Assembly: GCF_009914755.1 (NCBI RefSeq)
Contig: NC_060926.1
Direction: 5' to 3' (one strand)
Source of the DNA: the human T2T-CHM13v2.0 reference genome, Homo sapiens
DNA length: 64,000 nt
Position 1 is the stretch's first letter, and the number at the start of each line of letters is the position of its first letter. Under the pieces are notes generated by a model. The model ran no database searches. It saw nothing but the letters and a program-made list of their open reading frames with translations, and was not told the origin of the DNA. The position numbers and the translations under genes are program-made. Shown here piece by piece: positions 1 to 13,284 of this stretch.

Positions 1-1415
1 ACATGTCAAACTCAGCCCAAGAGCAGACTACAGCTCAGTGTTAAACTCACAAAATGGTGCCAGCTGTGGGCTTGTGTCTAGAGGATGCCCCACCCCTCCA
101 GCAACCCCCACACCCACAGTCAGATGAGCAGCAGGGGCATGAAGCTGTTAAGTGTGTGGCCCACTCAAGTCTCAGTATCACAGCAGCCTGTAGCAGGGTG
201 GTGGGTACTGTCCTAAGTAAATATAGAGGAGCTTAGTTTCCTTGTGCCTCCTTAGCCAGGTAGTGGCTGCAGACACGCCAACTCAAACTTGGTCCAAGGG
301 CAGGGCACAGCCCAGCATTAAACTTACAAAATGGTGCAAGCTTTGGGCTTGTGACCAAAGAGTGCAAGATCTCTTTCAGGGGGGGCAGCATAGGCAAGAA
401 GTTGTAGAGAGTGTGGTCTGCTCTAGTCTTGGTTTCACAGCAGTCCAAAGCGGGTAGTGGGTATTGTCCTATGTGTGTGTAAGAGAACATGGTTTTCCTG
501 ACTCTCTTTGACCAGGTGATGGCTGCTTCAGCATTAAACTCTCAAAATGGCTCCTTGGGCCTCCAACCATGGAGAGCAGGGCCCTTCCCAGGTAAGCAGC
601 ATGAGCAAAAATCTGTGGAAAGTGCAGTATCCTCACATCTCAGTCTCACAGCAGCCCATTGCTGTGGGTATCATCCTAAATGTCCATAGCGGGGCCTGGT
701 TTCCTTGACCCTCTCTGGCTGGGTGGCAGCTGCAGCTATATCAGCCCAATTCAACCTGAGGATGGGGCACAGCCCACTCTTAAATTCTCAAAACAGAACC
801 TTGAGGCTGAAGCCAGAGAGGGTGGGGTCCCAGGCAAGCAGTGTAAAAAGCTGCAGGGAGTACAGTCCATTCATGTCTCAGTCCCAACAGCAGCTCACAG
901 CAGCGTGGTAGGGACTTTTCCAAGGGTGCACAGGAATGCTCAGTACCCCCTCTCTCCTCTCTCTCCTTGGAGCAGTGCAGCAACAGCAGCCAGGTCTGTA
1001 GATCCCCAGTATCTAGACCCTTGAAATGGCGGCTGGCTGAGGCTGCTCTAGTCTTGCTTGCCTGTGAGATTCCATGTAGATTCCCTTTCTGGAGCAACAT
1101 CTCTGTGCAATCTTTTGGAAGAACCAAGGCCCTAGTGGGTCAAGGGTTTCTCCTGTAGCCAAGATCATAAAAGCCACACCCTAGGGGTTTCTGTCTTACT
1201 GTTTTCTTGTGTCCAGGAGGTGTTCCTGGCTCTCAGTCAGTCCTCGGCTGGGCAATCTGCCTTGAAGCCTCTCCTTACTTCTCGTGTTTCCTGTCCCCTT
1301 TCTGGTGAATCATGGCATTCTCTCCTAGCCAATCTGTTTGAAATGTATCTACTTATATTCTGGTTCCTTTCTATGGAAGAGGCATATACTACCTGTGTTT
1401 AATCAGTCATCTTCT
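1..1415 (-). mobile_element. Old L1 5' end (L1M/L1MA-type 5'UTR with degenerate tandem monomers), continuing beyond the window start
   Basis: GC-richer block with four degenerate units, anchored by TTAAACT(C/T)ACAAAATGG-like motifs at 41, 318, 534 and 780. It ends in CAGTCATCTT, the reverse complement of an AAGATGAC/GGC-type L1 start. Family assigned from memory. Confidence 0.5.
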
Positions 1416-2142
1416 GATTTTTTTTTGTTTTTAAATCACTTAACCTAATAAAGGATCCTTATGTCACACTACTTAACTAGAATGATTTCCATTGCTCAAT
1501 TTTGAAATTCAGATTTTGAAACTGTCTTCAAAACTATTTTTTTCTGGTAGTGTATTTTTTAGTTATTTCAATAAGTAGTGACACCAACCATTTTTAATAC
1601 ATAGTAGAATGTTTAAAAGCTAGCATTTTAATAAGGTACAGAAGGGCTGAAACTCTATAATACTGAATTAGGATAAGGCAGTGCTGAAGCAACCCTACAT
1701 TCATAAGACTAATCCTACTATTTCTGATCTAGAAGTACCTTTGTCTCCAATGTGTAGAGAACAGTTTTGGTTTTAGACACACATAAAAGTCACTTAAGGC
1801 CAAAGCTGGTGACATCGGGGTTTAAAAAAACCTAAAGATAACAATTTTAATTAAGAAAACAATAGAAGTAAAGAAATCTGACAATCAAGAGATATTTTGT
1901 GTATCTCTTTAATTCCCAAATGGGGTTTTAAAAGCACATTGAGCTCCTGACTTTCAGTGGGCCATATGAGAATCTTCAGGTAGGTTGAAGGTGGAGTTGA
2001 TATAATTCAAAATTGTAGTCAATATTATAATGTAATTTTTATTTGAAAATAAAACATCTGCATTATTGCCATAATGGAATAGAGAGAGGAGAGTAAAGGT
2101 TGTTAATTCTTCTTGGCAGGTAGAAATATTCAAGAGATCTAG

Positions 2143-2433
<291 letters not shown>

Positions 2434-3294
2434 TCATACTTATATTTAATTGAGTGTCTAACATGTATTTGTTAAATATTTATAATGTGTATTGAGCATA
2501 TAAAATAAATTTAAGCTGCTTTTCACATTGTATGCAATAAATATAATAAATTACTTATATTTTAGGTTGGTCACAGATTTTCTTAAAAACAATTGAAACC
2601 ACTTAAACTTCTGCTTCAGATATAGAAAATCTCAAGAAAGCATCATTCCCAAATTGAAAGAGAGAACACACTGGATAATCTACAAAATTATGTATTTTTT
2701 AAAGTTTATCTTTTAAAAGAGATATGAGGTTGTGATGGAAACTAATAGATTGAAATTCAGAAAGTAATGAGCTCCTCCTAGGAAAGAAGAGATTCATGAT
2801 TGCACCCATCCTTGTTAGAGCAATGGGAGGGGAAGGCAGCTGCCACAGGTGTGAAAAGAGAAGAAATGACCTTGTGTTGAGTTTTTAAAGGCTGAGTGTG
2901 GACAGATTTAGTCACTTAAAAGACCCAGAAGTCTTGGAGAAAATAAAAATACGCATAACTCTTCCAAGGACCTTCACTTAGTGCTTATGAGAGTAGAGAA
3001 TTGAGAAAAACACATTCTAAGGTATAGTGACATCAGGCTTGCTTAAGTCTGAAGGAGAACTGAGAGAAACCCAGCATGCACTCCAGGCCATATGATGAGT
3101 ACCAGATAGTGACTATTTGCACCTTGCATGAGAGAAGAAAAGAAAACTCTTCTGAGATGCAGGTGCATAGGGCCTGCTAATGGCTAAGAAGAGGGCAGAA
3201 AACCTGAGACAAATGCTCCAGGCACTCAGACTCCAAGCTCTAATAAAGGAAAGATTTGTTTCTGCCATCACATCATTTGAAGACTGAGTGAAAT

Positions 3295-3456
3295 GAATCT
3301 ATAAATCAACAACAGGAATCTAGACACATGATGTTCAACAGACTAGATTGAATCTATAAATCAACAACAAGAATCTAGACACACGATGTTCAACAGACTG
3401 GATTGTGTTCAACAGACTAGACTGATGTTCAACAGACTAGACAGACTAGATAGTGG
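3295..3456 (+). repeat. Local tandem duplication (2 x 55 bp) followed by shrinking partial copies
   Basis: GAATCTATAAATCAACAACA(G/A)GAATCTAGACACA(T/C)GATGTTCAACAGACT(A/G)GATT at 3295-3349 and 3350-3404, then TGTTCAACAGACTAGA twice more and ACAGACTAGA. Confidence 0.95.
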
Positions 3457-4021
3457 CCAGACAGGAGACATGCACCCTTTTGGGGCATAAATATAATTTA
3501 TGTCAGTCACCACTCTTCTTTAAACCACTATGTCTTATATTCAATTAAAATTTATGAGAAACATGTTGAAGCAAGAAAATGTGTCCCATTATCTAAATAT
3601 CAAATAGTCAATGGTCATTAGAATCAAACTAAGGGATAACACTGATGTTGAAATTATTAAGCAGCATTTTAAAAATAACTGTGAAAATTCTAGTGAAAAA
3701 GATAGGTTGAAAGCAAAGGCTGAATAAATGATATACCATGCAAACACTAAGCATAAGAAAGTATTAAAAAAGCTGGTAGGGGTATATTATTATAAGAAGA
3801 AGTAAATATCCAAAACAATAGTATTACAAGAAATAGCAAGGGACATTTTATAGTAATAAAGGGATTAACTCATTAAGAACAGTAAATGTCTATACCTAAT
3901 AACAAAGCACTCAAATACCTAAAACAAAAACTGACAGAAAGAAAGAAAGAAAGAAGGAAATCTGCAATCATAGCTAGAGACATTAAACCTTCTTCTCAGT
4001 ATATAATAAGGTTATATATTA

Positions 4022-4351
<330 letters not shown>

Positions 4352-5107
4352 CTAATTGATATGGAAAACTTTACATAAAACAATAGTAGAAATGAATATG
4401 AGATATCCACCAAAATAGACCATATGCTGGCACATAAAACAAGTCTCAACAAATTTCAGAAGATCTTAATTATGAAGTTTATATTTTCTTATCACAACAA
4501 TATTAAATTATATATCAATGTGAATAAGATATATAGAAAATATCCATATACTTGAAAAGTAAATATTATTTAATTATATTAAATTAAAAAAATTAAAAAA
4601 CACCTTGAACTGAATATATTGTAAACACAATATATCAAAATTCGGCAATGCAGGTAAAGTAACTCTTAGAGGAAAATGTATAGCATTATTATATTAGTTA
4701 AAAGGGAGAGGGGCAAAATTAAGACTATATATTTATTCCTTAAGAAGCTAGGGAGGCAAAAAGAACAAATTAAATCCAAAGAAGTATGACAAACAAGCAA
4801 AAGTAAGAACAGGAATCTATATAATGGAAACCAGAAATACATTAGAAAAACTTAATTTAAATTTAAAATAATTGGGAAATTTGATAAATTCCTAGCAAGA
4901 ACAGTGAAGGAAATGAGTAACACATATAACTTATGTAAAAAATGAAAAAGCAGACTTCACTACAGATACTACAGACATTTAAATGACAATAAGTTTTAAC
5001 TGTGTACAAATTTATTTTAATAAATTTGATCACTTAGAAGAAATTGACAAATTCCTTTAAAAACACATCTTAACATAATTCATACAATAAGAAATTAAAA
5101 ATATGAT

Positions 5108-5803
5108 TGTTTTAACTTTTAAGTTCAGGGGGACATGTGCAGATTTGTTACATAGGTAAACTTGTGTCATGGGGGTTTGTCCTATGGATTATTTCATCAC
5201 CCAGGTATTAAGCCTGGTGCCCATTAGTTATTTTTCCTGATCCTCTCCCTCTTTCCACCCTCCAACCTCTAATAGTCTACAGTGTATGTTATTCCCCTGT
5301 ATGTGTCCATGTGTCCATGTGTTCTCATCATTTGGCTCCCACTTACAAATGAGAACCTGTGGTATTTGGTTTTGTGTTCCTGTATTAATTTGCTAAGGAT
5401 AATGGCCTCCAGCTCTATCCATGTCCCTGCAAAGGACATGATTGTGTTCTTTTTTATGGCTGCATAGTATTCCATGGTGTATATGTACCACATTTTGTTT
5501 ATTCAGTCTCTCATTGATGGACATTTAGGTTGATTCCATGTCTTTGTTATTGTGAATAGTGTTGCAATGAACATACGGGCGCATGTGTCTTTATAATACA
5601 ACAATTTATATTCCCTTGGAAATATACCCAGTAATGGATTTGCTGGGGAGATCTCACACCAGTCAGAATGGCTATTATTAAAATGTCAAAAAATAATAGA
5701 TGTTGGTAAGGTTGTGGAGAGAAAGGAATGCTTATACACTGTTGGTGGGAGTATAAATTATTTCAACTATTGTGGAAGAGAGTGTAGAAATTCCTCAAAA
5801 ACA
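5108..5803 (-). mobile_element. 5'-truncated L1PA (about L1PA8-13) with 5' inversion
   Basis: Antisense 3'UTR and ORF2 end ([15 protein letters not shown]) at 5108-5648, then a sense segment ATCTCACACCAGTCAGAATGG...TTCCTCAAA at 5651-5800. Flanking near-repeat AAAAAT(A/C)TGAT at 5097-5107 and 5804-5814. Confidence 0.92.
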
Positions 5804-8802
5804 AAAAATCTGATATTCTTTAAATAAATTAAATTCTTAATTTAAAACTTTTCCAAAAGAAAACCCTAGACCCCAATAGCTTTATTATGGAATTCTATCA
5901 ATTTTAAGGGAGAAATAATACCAATCCTATATAAATTATTTCTGAGAAGATAATACTTATTAACTCCTTTTATTACACTGGTATAACCAAATCCAAAATC
6001 AAGTAGAGAAACTGGAAGAAAAGAAAATTACAGACCAATGTCCCTCATTATTAAAGACATGAAAAATAAGATATTAGCAAGGACAATCTAGCAAGATATA
6101 AAAACATAGTATATTAAGGAATTTATTCCATAAATGACAAACTCTCTCTACAACTAGGAATAAAATAAAGCTTTCTCAATCTTATAAAGGACATTTAAGA
6201 ACAACTTACAATTAACCTTGTATGGAATAGTGAACTATTGAGTATCTTCCTCCTGAGATAGAAACAAGACAAGAGTATCTGCCATTACAACCTTTATTCA
6301 AGATCATACTGGATACATAAGTCAAGAAAAAGAGCTAAAAGACATAAAGAAAGTCAAGAAGAAACATAAGATTCTGGTGGATGACAGAATGTAGTTGTAG
6401 AAAATCCCAAGAATTTTGTTATAAAATGAATAATAAAATAAATAATTAAACAAGTAGGCTTAACAATATTATAAAACAAAAACAATACGCAAAAATCAAT
6501 TGTGTTTCTACACATTCTTACTGAACAACTTGAAATTTCTTAAAATAGCATTTACAATAACAAAAATATAAAATATTTAATAATGCATTTAAGAGATGTG
6601 TAAGTTCTCTTTGCTGAAAAATATAAGACATTACTGAAAGCAACTTTCTAAGGCCTAAATAAATGGAAAGGTATGCCGTGTTTCTGCTTGGCACATTCAA
6701 TACTGCTAAAAAGTCAATTTTCCCCAAACTGAGCTGCAGAGTCAGTACAATCACAATCAAATTCTCAGAAAGTTTTTTTAATGGCATTTTGCAAGGTTAT
6801 TATAATATTTAAAGGAAAATGCAAATGGCCTAACATTGCCTGAAAGTATTGAAAGGTAAGAACTAATTTGGAGAAGGTACACTACCTAACTCCAAGACAA
6901 TATAAATCTAAATAATTTAGACTGTGAGGCATTGGCTAATGGTAGATAAATAGATCATTGAAGCAGGATAGACAGTGATGAAATAGACTGGGAAAGGACC
7001 TGTGGAAAATTTCTGGCATTGTGGAAATGTTTTAAGTCTTGATAAGGGTTTGGGTTGCTCCTTTATATACATCTGTCAAAACTGATCTAGCTGTGTAATT
7101 ACATCTGCTCTTCACTGAATCTAAATCACCCTTTAATATAAAAATTAAACTTTGGTTTTTCTAACAATTAATATTGAATCTCAAAACATGCACTCTTTAA
7201 GATCTCATTTTTCATCTGTAACTTGAATTAACAAACATCATGCCTCAGCATGGTAGAAATGAGGACACTGTCAAAGCTGGGTTATTTGAAGCCATTCTCT
7301 AGTGCCATAAGTTGATATAGGGTATTATGATAAAGTGATGGGTATAATCGAAATCAAATTTCAGGTATTGATTTTCAGACATACCTAAGTGTCTAGAACT
7401 TTCCACATCCACTAGTTAACATACACATTTATTGATCTACAAGTGAGAAAGTGACAGCTTCTTGAAGATCTTTGCAAAAAAAAAGATGATCAATTCAAAT
7501 ATAGATTCCTGTACTGTATATTACAAAATATAGAATCAAAGTTTCTCAATATGTTTGTTTATAAACATTGAGAAGTGAATGTTACATTTTTATTTGAATA
7601 AAAATCACAAAGCTTATTTTTGATTATTTTACTGACCATAATTTTTTCCATAAAGTGTAATTCATTGTAGTACATAAGAGTAAATGGTGATAAGACATAC
7701 CAGCAATCTCTAAAGCCCGTCAAAGTTTAATATAGTTCTCTTAATCGTTAGACAAAAATCACACCATTTAAGAAATTCTTACAAAACCTTGCATTCTGAG
7801 TACTTTGCTAAAATACTACTTGGAGAGGAAATTAAAATGATATTTTAGAATATTTCCTTACCCAAATACATAGTCAAAGCTTAACAGAAGCTTAACTGAG
7901 AATATTAAATTCTCAGTTTTCCAAAGATCAAATTTTTGTCCTCATGTCCTACTGGTCATCATAAAAGAAACTTATGCTTAACTTTTACTTATGCCAATTT
8001 GTTCCTAAAACTATCATAGAGAAAAAAAATTACGCGGCGTTTTAAACACCTGGAGCTCTTCACTAAGGTTGAAGCTACATCAACATTCTTCACTGTGAAT
8101 AAGCTGAAATGTGGCTGTAGCAGGGGGTGGAAGGGACAGTAATTAGAAGAAGCAATGTAATATTGGTCAAGCAACTCTCTGTTTTATGATTTAGAGATGC
8201 ATTGAGTTGTTCATCTCTGATCAGTGCCCTCCAAAACTATGTTCATCCATCTACGAAATGGTCTTAACCTCATCATGAAGGAACCAGACACTGCTAAAAT
8301 CATCTGTTATACATTATATCATTTTCTTTTCCTTGTATGGATATGATTACTGGCCATGAAGCACTTTTGGTTCATACTGAGAATTCTCGCTTATAAGAGG
8401 AAATTATCCTTGGCCAGATTTATGCACTAACATTGTAATATTCCCAATTTTAGTGCAACATGGCTAACACAAATTTTTAAATCTTTAAAAAAGAAAAAAA
8501 TCACTGGCTATTGGAATATCTAGCAGACAGATTTGAGGTTTTGAAAACATTGTGTTTCCATGGGGCTGATACCAACATTATTCTTCGTTATATACTTCAA
8601 AAATTTATAACAATATAATTTTTGATACTGTAAATTAGTGACAAAATATTATTGTCAGTTTCTCAACTCGATAAAGTTCACAAGACCCAGTGTCTTGAAC
8701 ATAATTTGACTTAAAAAATACATTGTTTTAAAAAATATATGACTGTTAAAATTAACCATGTTAATTTTCAGATCATCTATATTCTGATTTTTTTTAACTG
8801 AT

Positions 8803-9200
8803 TTGTGTAGTTGATTGGCTCACCGTATCCATTCACCATTTTCCTACCAACTGATTTTCCATGGGGAATTCACCTTGCTACCATTCTCCTTTAAGATTTT
8901 TTGGGTGAGCTTGACGTTACTCCTATCACCATGGTAAGACGTGGGTCCTGAATGGCTCAGGCTTATGAAAGAATGAGCCCTTGCGGTTATGCGGCAGCTA
9001 CCTGAAGAGATCCCTGATTGTTGCTTGATATTTGTGGAAAGAATCTGAGACCTGTGACAACTGCACTTGTCTTTTGACTATGAGGAAAGAGCCTGGAACT
9101 GGTTGAAGAACCACCATTTATAGCCTTAAGATGAAACTTTATTCAACATGAAAGACAATAGAAAAATAGTGAGAAACATCCTGTAATTCAGCCCTGCTGC
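8803..9200 (+). mobile_element. Degenerate ancient MaLR LTR (MLT1J/K-like)
   Basis: Starts TGTGTAG...CCATTTTCCTACC...CTGATTTT and carries MLT1-like GAAAGAGCCTGG motifs; highly diverged. Confidence 0.35.
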
Positions 9201-12200
9201 TGAGTTTTTAAAAACTTTTCATCTTCATACTTTTAATTTCAAGGACTTAATTGCTTCCTTTTTCATAGCTGCATGTTTTTATTTTATGGGTATTTTATTC
9301 CTTTGAATTTTTCTGAGGTTATTAACATTACTCATTTTAAAGTTTTCTTATACTTTTGGCATCAACATTTTCACTAGTGAGTAGTTGGTTTGTTCAGAAT
9401 GGTGTTGATTTTCCTCAAATTCTTGGTGATCTTTAGTAGAGTCATATTTATAATGCTGTTAACTGCATACAATCTTTCTAACATAAATGAAAACCTCTAC
9501 TCCCCTGATAAGGAATGTCACAGAAAGTGCTGTCTCCAGTTTGTGGGTACCAAAAATGTTGCTGGTTTTTTGATGCCCAGAGAGTTTGCCCTCTTGCTGG
9601 TGCCTTGCTCATCCTGGTGATTGCCTGCTTTTCTTCTGATTCTCACTTTTAATTCTGAGAATGTATTTCAGCCAATGTTACTATTTAGAGAGCTCTAGTC
9701 ATGGTTTACTTTTGGCAGCAAACATTGGAACCAGAAACTAAGATTGGGAAGACTAAAAAAATTCTAGTCTTTAAATTAATTATGATCTACTGGTAGATGG
9801 CTCACTGCTACTTCAAGATCCATGATTCTTGATCTTGAGGTTACTCTTTGGTTCTACTGGAAAATTCACTTTTTGCAGAGAGCCTGTCTTTCTCTTCAAC
9901 TATGTTGGGTTTCATGGTTGATCTGTTACCACTTGTTTTCTACTTTCAAGGACTTTTTCCATTTTAGGTTTCTTGACAGCAGCATTTCTGTATTACCACA
10001 GATTTATTCTTCTGTCATTTTAATGGATTTTGTCTAAAGAAGCAAGGTAAAGGTTTATGCTTAGACATTGTAGAATGGAAAATCTTTCAAATAGTCTATT
10101 CACTACTATTGTCATGAATCATTTTTAGTATTCTTTTCTACTAGAAAAGTATGATCTTAAATTCTAGTGATTTCTTACATCTATTAGAAAATTTTAAAAA
10201 CATAATAACTAGCAGTTTTCCAACTTATTGCTAATAGAGTTTGAATCTCTTGATCTACTTCTTGCTATTGAGTGACTTACAAGTAAAACTTCAGTATGGA
10301 TATAGGTATTCCCCATGGGTTCAGCCTATAGGCAATAAGCAAGCTAGATAGTCATTTTCATGCTAACAGTGGTTGACAATCTTCTTTGCCCAGGGCTTTC
10401 CAGGATTTCAAATTAGGGGTCCAAGAAAGGAAGGGAATCAAAACTGGAAACTGTCAGGCCCACCCTCCACCTCTTTCTAAATTACAATGAAACATGGGGA
10501 GAAGATTACGGTACTGACTGTGAGTGTGAAAGAGAAGTGTGAATTTCTTCTCTTTTGGCTCATGAATCATAACCTCCTCCCTGCTCAGTAGGTCTTAAGT
10601 GAAGGGTGCATTTACTGCCTTATCATTAAATGGTGGACATTTCTGCTCTAAGAAGTTACAACAGAAAATATTTTGCTTAAAAATAGACCATCTCAAGGCA
10701 TGTCAATGTTAATTTCCTCCATCAATTAGGCTTTCTATCTCTTAGGATAAAAAGAAAGTAAATATTGCCTTACTGAAAATGGAGCAAGCTTTCATTTATA
10801 GTCGGATGATTAACTTCCAACATGACTAATGCATGAAAAGTGGAAGACCTAATGCTGTTTTGGCTATGTTAGAGCATTTCAGTTTATGAGAGGGAAAGAA
10901 GCAGAATAAACTGACATTATGTGGTTAGTGATTTCCATGAATATCACTGTGTAATAAGGACCAAGAGATAAATGAAATCTATGTGCATTTATGCATTCAA
11001 AATTATTATCTTTTTCCTAACAGAGGCAACTGCTTTTATGAGATGACCACTAGTTTTAACAGTAAGCCAATCTAACTTGGAATATTATCCTATCTAATTT
11101 GTTAGTTTGCCAGTGGGGAGAAGGTTAATTGAGGGTAGCATTGTAAAAATATAATATTCTAATGTGGAATTTGTTTTACAAAAGTAAATTCACTATGATA
11201 ATATACTGCCCCCAAAAACAGTAATATGAGATCTCAAGGGTTTAATATGGTGTAAAATATTTCAGTTAAGAGGAATACAATTGAGATGATTCTTCTCTAA
11301 TTAGAATTGGTAATTTTTCAAAATTATTCTATACCTGATGATATATTTAAGACAAAAGACATTGAAATTTGGTGATTGTGGCTAGTTAGTTTGGTCTAAG
11401 TTAAGGACAAGTATGCAGATTTGATTCTTCGGCAGACATCTTAATTGATTACTGATTTACAACAACATATTGTCATCAAGCTGCAAATGAGTATTCTCAG
11501 AAACATAGGCTCTTGATCACAAAGTGGTCCAGAAGAAGGTTTAATTCTGATCTTATCAGTACAAATCACTAAAAGCATGAGGTTTTAGTGAGGGTTTGGG
11601 AATACTGCAGTATTGTGTTTTCCACAGGTCAGCATACTAAAATGAGTTCTATGGGGAAGGTTTACATATGTACCCCTATTTCCACAATTGTGACTTTAGT
11701 ATTTTAGAGAAAATGAAACAAAGGTGTACATTAAAAAAAAATACTAAACTGGATAGCAGTGGAAGTGACTGGACACTTAGCAATTTGTTTTTAATTTGTT
11801 TTGCAGCTTTAATTTATTCAACAGTTGATGAGGGATCCACCAGTCCAACTCTTAAATTTATTAATTCTGATCTTCTGGGAGAACTCACAGTTTTAGACAA
11901 GTGGAAAAAAACTTGAGGATAAAACATAGGAAATAAATTCAAATGGATACCATGACAGCCGTTAGTGTCTAATATGGATTGACAGAATTAGAGTGTTCTC
12001 TGTTAGACAAGTTCTCATTGATTACTTCTCAAGGTCACTTGACACTTCTGCTTAGGTAGACAGGTAAATAGAGATCTAAGTAAAAATGACAATATGATTC
12101 AAATAAAAGTGGCACTTCTTTAAAAGAGAAGGTATAGAGCTGGGGATTACAATAATTCAGGAGGAAAAGATATGGAGACCTTTTAGCTACTGACAAAGCT

Positions 12201-12296
12201 GGGCATAATCTGATTATTAACACACAGAAAGAAACTTCTTTCTCCTGTGGTGTTATGCAAAAGATTTTTTTATTCATTAATATGTGTCTTAAATAT

Positions 12297-13121
12297 AGGG
12301 TCATGTGTCACTTAATGGTGGAGATACATTCTGAGAAATGTGTCATTAGGTGATTTTGTTGTTGTGGAAACATCATAGACTGTATTTACATAAATGTGGA
12401 TACTACAGCCTACTACATACCTAAGCTATAAAGTATAGCCTATTGCTCCTAGGCTACAAACATGTACAGCATGTTATTGTGCTGAATGCTGTAGGCGATT
12501 GCAATACAATGGTAAGCATTTCTGTACCAAAACATATCTAAACATGGAAAAGGTACAGTAAAAATATGCTATAAAAATTTTAAAATGGTACACCTATATA
12601 GAGCACTTACCATGGATGGAGCTTGCAGAACTGGATGTTGTTCTGGGTGACTCAGTGAGTGAGTTATGAGTAAATGTGAAGGCCGAGGACAATGCTGTTA
12701 CTGCAGACTTTATAAACACTGTGTACTTAGGATACACTACATGTATTTACAAATTCTTTCTTCAATAATAAACTTGGCTTACTGTAACTTTTTTACTTAA
12801 TAAACTTTTAAATTTTTAAACTTTTTAAATCTTTTATAACAATAAACAAAAACATATTGTATAGTTATACAAAATTGCTTTTCTTTATGTCCTTATTCTG
12901 AAGTTTTTTCCTGTTTTTGTTTTAATTTTTTTTTACTTTTTGAATATTTTTGTTAAAAATGAAGACACAAATACACACATTATCCTAAGCCTATACAGGG
13001 TGAGAATCATCAAGATAGCACTAACCAGCAGGAATTTTTCAGCTCCCTTATAATTTTGTGAGGGCACTGTTGTCTACACATTCTGTTGTTGACCAGAATG
13101 TTGCTATGCAGCACATGACTG
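12297..13121 (-). mobile_element. Tigger3/MER7 (Golem) non-autonomous TcMar DNA transposon
   Basis: Terminal inverted repeats GGTCATGTGTCACTTAA / ATGCAGCACATGACTG; internal ATAGCCTATTGCTCCTAGGCTACAAAC and GGAGCTTGCAGAACTGGA typical of Tigger3. Confidence 0.85.
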
Positions 13122-13284
13122 CATTTAAGTTTTAAAGTAAACTACAATAGCACAGAAATAACACAGCTCTTATTGAATTCATTTTTCCTTCCAATTTTTG
13201 TTGAAGTGCTTACGCTTATTACTAATTTCAATCATATTTGAGTTTGTATTCTTTATTATTTCAAAAGTATTTTCCATCTCTGTT

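Noticed and set aside
54-1402. Cluster of overlapping 60-115 aa ORFs
   Set aside because: Expected in GC-richer repeat DNA; no recognisable domain, and ORFs occur in many frames on both strands.
3295-3456. CRISPR-like array (recurring TGTTCAACAGACTAGA)
   Set aside because: The intervening sequences are duplicates or nearly absent rather than unique equal-length spacers. There are no cas genes and the context is primate DNA.
7989-8174. Possible small minus-strand exon and a CTCF-like GTAGCAGGGGGTGG (8117-8130)
   Set aside because: No recognisable protein, weak splice signals and only a partial motif match; cannot be supported without expression or ChIP data.
7895-8770. Short AT-rich stems (AACTGAGAAT/ATTCTCAGTT; AAAATTAAC/GTTAATTTT)
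   Set aside because: Stems of 9-10 bp are expected by chance at this base composition.
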